Assembly: GCA_049510745.1 (NCBI GenBank)
Contig: JBEKYR010000007.1
Location: 96,001 to 160,000 of the forward strand
Length of the DNA: 64,000 nt
Reading direction: 5' to 3'
DNA from: Verrucomicrobiota bacterium
GTDB taxonomy: Bacteria; Verrucomicrobiota; Verrucomicrobiia; Limisphaerales; Palsa-1400
Below the pieces are notes generated by a model. The model was not told the DNA's origin, ran no database searches, and saw only the letters and a list, made by a program, of their open reading frames with translations. This document shows positions 61,053 through 64,000 of this stretch, in pieces (position 1 is the first letter of the stretch; every line of letters starts with the position of its first letter). Both the position numbers and the translations under genes were made by a program.

Positions 61053-62552
61053 ATGAAGCGATCCTTTGTCGGGGTATTTCTCGCCACGATGCTCACAATG
61101 TTTGCAGCACACGCCGAGGCGCTCGGCATCATGGTGCCGGCCTATTTTTACCCCTCATCGGGCGATTATTGGGATTCACTTGATTTCGCCGCTTCGCGTG
61201 CGCCGCTAATCGCCATTATGAACGTGAACAGTGGTCCGGGCACGTCAAGGGATAGTGCTTACGTCCAGGCGTTGGCCAAATTGCACCTAGCCGGCGGCAA
61301 GGTGACCGGCTACGTTTACACTTCCTACGGCACACGCCCGCTGGCGGATGTGGAGGCCGACATTGACCTTTACCTTTCGTTTTATGCGGTGGACAGATTC
61401 TTGATTGATGAAATGGCGAGTGACGAAAACACCAATCATCTTGATTACTACGCTGCCATTTACCAGTACATCAAGGCCAAAGGCACGAATTACAGTGTCA
61501 CCGGCAATCCCGGCTCCAATACACAGGAAGATTACATTACCCGGCCAACGACCGACAGTCTCGCGCTTTTTGAGAATGATGGCACCAATTACCCCAGCTT
61601 CACCCCATCGAGTTGGGTGGCCAAATATCCCGCGTGGCAGTTTGTTCACGTTCCGTACGACGTGGCGACCGCAACGACAATGTCCAACTATGTGGGTCTT
61701 GCCGTGAGCCGCAACGCAGGTTGGATTTACATCACCGACGCCATGTTCCCCAACCCGTATGACACACTGCCGTCCTACTGGACAAATGAAGTGAACTTGG
61801 TGCAGACGCTCAACACGGCCAGCCTGCCAGTGAACAGCACTTTCGCGCACATCGCCATTGACGGTTCGTTCGACGATTGGACAGGCGTGCCGTTGGCATA
61901 TACCTCGCCGGCGGGACCGTCCAACGCCATCCAGTATGAAAACGTCTATATCGCCAACGATCAGACTGATCTCTATATTCGGTTCACGCTTTACTCGCCT
62001 CGCGCCGCGTTCCAAAATTCCTACGATAATATATTCATCGATGCCGATGATAATTTCTCGACGGGATACCTTGTCGGAGACATCGGTTCAGAAATGCTCA
62101 TCCAGAATGGGGCCGGTTATCAGGAAAAGTCTGGCCAGTTTAACGCAGGCGGCATCAATAACTTGGCCTGGCATATCGCCGGCTCGGCCAACAGCATGGA
62201 TTGGGAGCTGTCCATTTCACTCGGCGCCACCTATGCTATAGGCGGCGCGGCGGTCTTTTCCAACAGCACCATCGCCATCCTGCTCGAAGGCGACACGCCC
62301 AGCTACGCCACTGGGATACTTGTGCCACTTTCCGGCGGCCTTGTTTACACCTTCGCACCAGCGCCACCCGGCCCTCTTTCCATAAGCTACTCCGGCGGGA
62401 AGGCCATCATTTCCTGGCCTGGGTCAGGCACGTTGCAATCGTGCGGCTTGTTGACCCATGGTGGAACTTGGACCAACGTGCCGGGGGCGGGCAGTCCCTA
62501 CAGTATCCCGTCGACCAATACGCCACGGTTCTTCCGGCTCATTCAACCATGA
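61053..62552 (+). CDS. Spherulation-specific family 4 (GH135/Sph3-like) protein with extra beta domain and C-terminal sorting-like domain
   Basis: VPAYFYP, NVNSGPG, GYVYTSYG, FLIDE, GNPG, FEN, GWIYITD, NPYDTLPSYW; IDGSFDDW domain; RFFRL tail. Confidence 0.82.
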   Translation: MKRSFVGVFLATMLTMFAAHAEALGIMVPAYFYPSSGDYWDSLDFAASRAPLIAIMNVNSGPGTSRDSAYVQALAKLHLAGGKVTGYVYTSYGTRPLADVEADIDLYLSFYAVDRFLIDEMASDENTNHLDYYAAIYQYIKAKGTNYSVTGNPGSNTQEDYITRPTTDSLALFENDGTNYPSFTPSSWVAKYPAWQFVHVPYDVATATTMSNYVGLAVSRNAGWIYITDAMFPNPYDTLPSYWTNEVNLVQTLNTASLPVNSTFAHIAIDGSFDDWTGVPLAYTSPAGPSNAIQYENVYIANDQTDLYIRFTLYSPRAAFQNSYDNIFIDADDNFSTGYLVGDIGSEMLIQNGAGYQEKSGQFNAGGINNLAWHIAGSANSMDWELSISLGATYAIGGAAVFSNSTIAILLEGDTPSYATGILVPLSGGLVYTFAPAPPGPLSISYSGGKAIISWPGSGTLQSCGLLTHGGTWTNVPGAGSPYSIPSTNTPRFFRLIQP

Positions 62553-62819
62553 TTTCAGGTCGTTTTGGGCGAAGGTGGCGCCGCAACAAGGCAATCTGGT
62601 CCACGCAGGGAAAGTCCACCGCTTCAGAACTCGCCGCCTGCGAGCGCGACACCCGAATCTCCCAATCCGCCTTTGTTGGTTTCGCGGGCGCCCGCCAGTT
62701 GCGCCGTCGCCGGTCGAGGAGGAAAAATCCGCCGGCGGGGCGGTGGCTAAAAATATGTATAGCTATTTTCAGGACACTACACTAGTTTGCACTTGATCTC
62801 GAAACCATCAAGAACATTG

Positions 62820-64000
62820 ATGCGGATTTTACCTGAATCTGGTTTCTGTCCGAAGTTGCCGGGTCAAGTTCTCGTGCAACTACAGGTCAGCTTGTTTTTT
62901 TTTCTGGCATTAAACAATTCGTCTGGCCGCGATTTTTCACAGCTTTCCGAATACCAGACGACAAGCTGGCGGGTTGAAGATGGATTGCCCCAAAGCACGG
63001 TGACCTGTATTGCCCAGTCTTCGGATGGATATTTGTGGCTGGGAACGCAAAACGGTCTGGTTCGTTTTGACGGCGTGAAGTTCCGGGTGTTTGATGAAAT
63101 TAACACGTCTGCAATCAAGAACAGCCGGATTGTCCGGCTGTTGAGTGACAAGGATGGAACTCTTTGGGTCGGCGCCGAGCACGGTGGATTGGTCTGTCTT
63201 CGCAAGGGCCAATTCACCTCGTATGAGGTGCCGAGCCGGGGGACGACACATGATTATGCCCGCGTCTTTTGTGACGATCGCGCAGGCACCTTGTGGCAGG
63301 TGTCCTGCGAATGGCAACTCATCAAGTTTTTGAAAGGCCAATTCACGGTGTTTTCGGACAGTTGGAATTTATCCAGCCATGCGGCTCAGGCGCTGACGTG
63401 TGATGTTGAGGGGCAAATCTGGGTTGGAACCGACAGCGAACTGGCCGTCATGCAAGGCGGCCGCTTTCAGCCGGTGTGGGGCCGTACGAACGAGGAAAAC
63501 TTTCAAGTGGCCTTCCTCTCACCCAGTCGCGGGGGCGGAGTCTGGGTGGCGGCAAATGGGCGTTTGCGAAAATTTGAGGCGGGGCATTGGACGATTGATC
63601 TGGGAGCCTATAGTTGGACCAATCGGCCAATCTATGACCTGTATGAGGACAGAGAAAACCGTCTTTGGGTGGCGACTCTTGGCAGCGGATTGTTTCGATA
63701 TGACCTCAACGGCGAGGGGCTTCACCTGACCTCTCAAAACGGACTGCCAACGGATTTTGTGCGCTGTGTCACGGAGGATCGGGAAGGCAATGTTTGGGTT
63801 GGAACTGAAGGAGGTGGCTTGTGCCGCTTAAAGCAATCCATATTCCAGACTTATGGAGTCAAACAGGGGTTGGCGAGCGATCAAGTCATGGCAGTGGCCG
63901 AGGCGCGAGACGGAGGTTTATGGATCAGCACCGATGGAGACGGCCTCGACCATTGGAAGGACGGCAAGGTTCGGCATTACGGATTTAACGAGGGGTTGAG
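62820..64000 (+). CDS. Second regulator-propeller sensor protein, truncated by the window end
   Basis: Translated by hand: MRILPES..SWRVEDGLPQSTVTCIAQSSDGYLWLGTQNGLVRFDGVKF; absent from the ORF track, consistent with no stop before the window end. Confidence 0.85.
   Translation, partial: MRILPESGFCPKLPGQVLVQLQVSLFFFLALNNSSGRDFSQLSEYQTTSWRVEDGLPQSTVTCIAQSSDGYLWLGTQNGLVRFDGVKFRVFDEINTSAIKNSRIVRLLSDKDGTLWVGAEHGGLVCLRKGQFTSYEVPSRGTTHDYARVFCDDRAGTLWQVSCEWQLIKFLKGQFTVFSDSWNLSSHAAQALTCDVEGQIWVGTDSELAVMQGGRFQPVWGRTNEENFQVAFLSPSRGGGVWVAANGRLRKFEAGHWTIDLGAYSWTNRPIYDLYEDRENRLWVATLGSGLFRYDLNGEGLHLTSQNGLPTDFVRCVTEDREGNVWVGTEGGGLCRLKQSIFQTYGVKQGLASDQVMAVAEARDGGLWISTDGDGLDHWKDGKVRHYGFNEGL

Noticed and set aside
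62895..62903. T9 tract in the leader of the last sensor gene as a phase-variation site
   Set aside because: It is in frame (FFF in a hydrophobic leader) and short; no evidence of slippage from one sequence

Overview
GC-rich bacterial chromosomal window, most consistent with Verrucomicrobiota subdivision 3 (Pedosphaerales/Limisphaerales-like). This is inferred from gene content: a GloVer-repeat protein, a prepilin/H-X-DG protein, propeller-YYY sensor kinases and rpsF-ssb-rplI without rpsR. Positions 1-41 kb are mostly core genes: mbfA, lipoate ligase, aceE-aceF-lpdA, Gpx, lnt, TolC, MFS, M16 peptidase, trpB2, deoC, prs-rplY-pth-rpsF-ssb-rplI and fabD-fabG-acpP-fabF. Interspersed are two VapBC toxin-antitoxin modules and a C-protein-regulated type II restriction-modification cassette. 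Positions 42-64 kb are accessory: secreted LamG and redoxin proteins, a dead IS transposase fused to a host gene, and a PUL-like glycan cluster (GH31, two DUF4832-type proteins, GH135/spherulin-4, a pilin-like protein and two propeller sensor kinases). The most interesting signals are: (1) this pilin-containing, SusC/D-free glycan locus, which may target alpha-1,4-Gal/GalNAc polymers; (2) a C-terminal sorting-like domain shared by five unrelated secreted proteins; (3) a leader-peptide attenuator with an antiterminator upstream of the MFS gene; (4) a YchF derivative lacking its nucleotide-binding motifs at the end of the PDH operon; (5) a sigma54-type promoter driving a small membrane protein missed by the ORF track. 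No rRNA, tRNA or CRISPR array was seen. All family calls come from motif recognition by eye; no database search was run.
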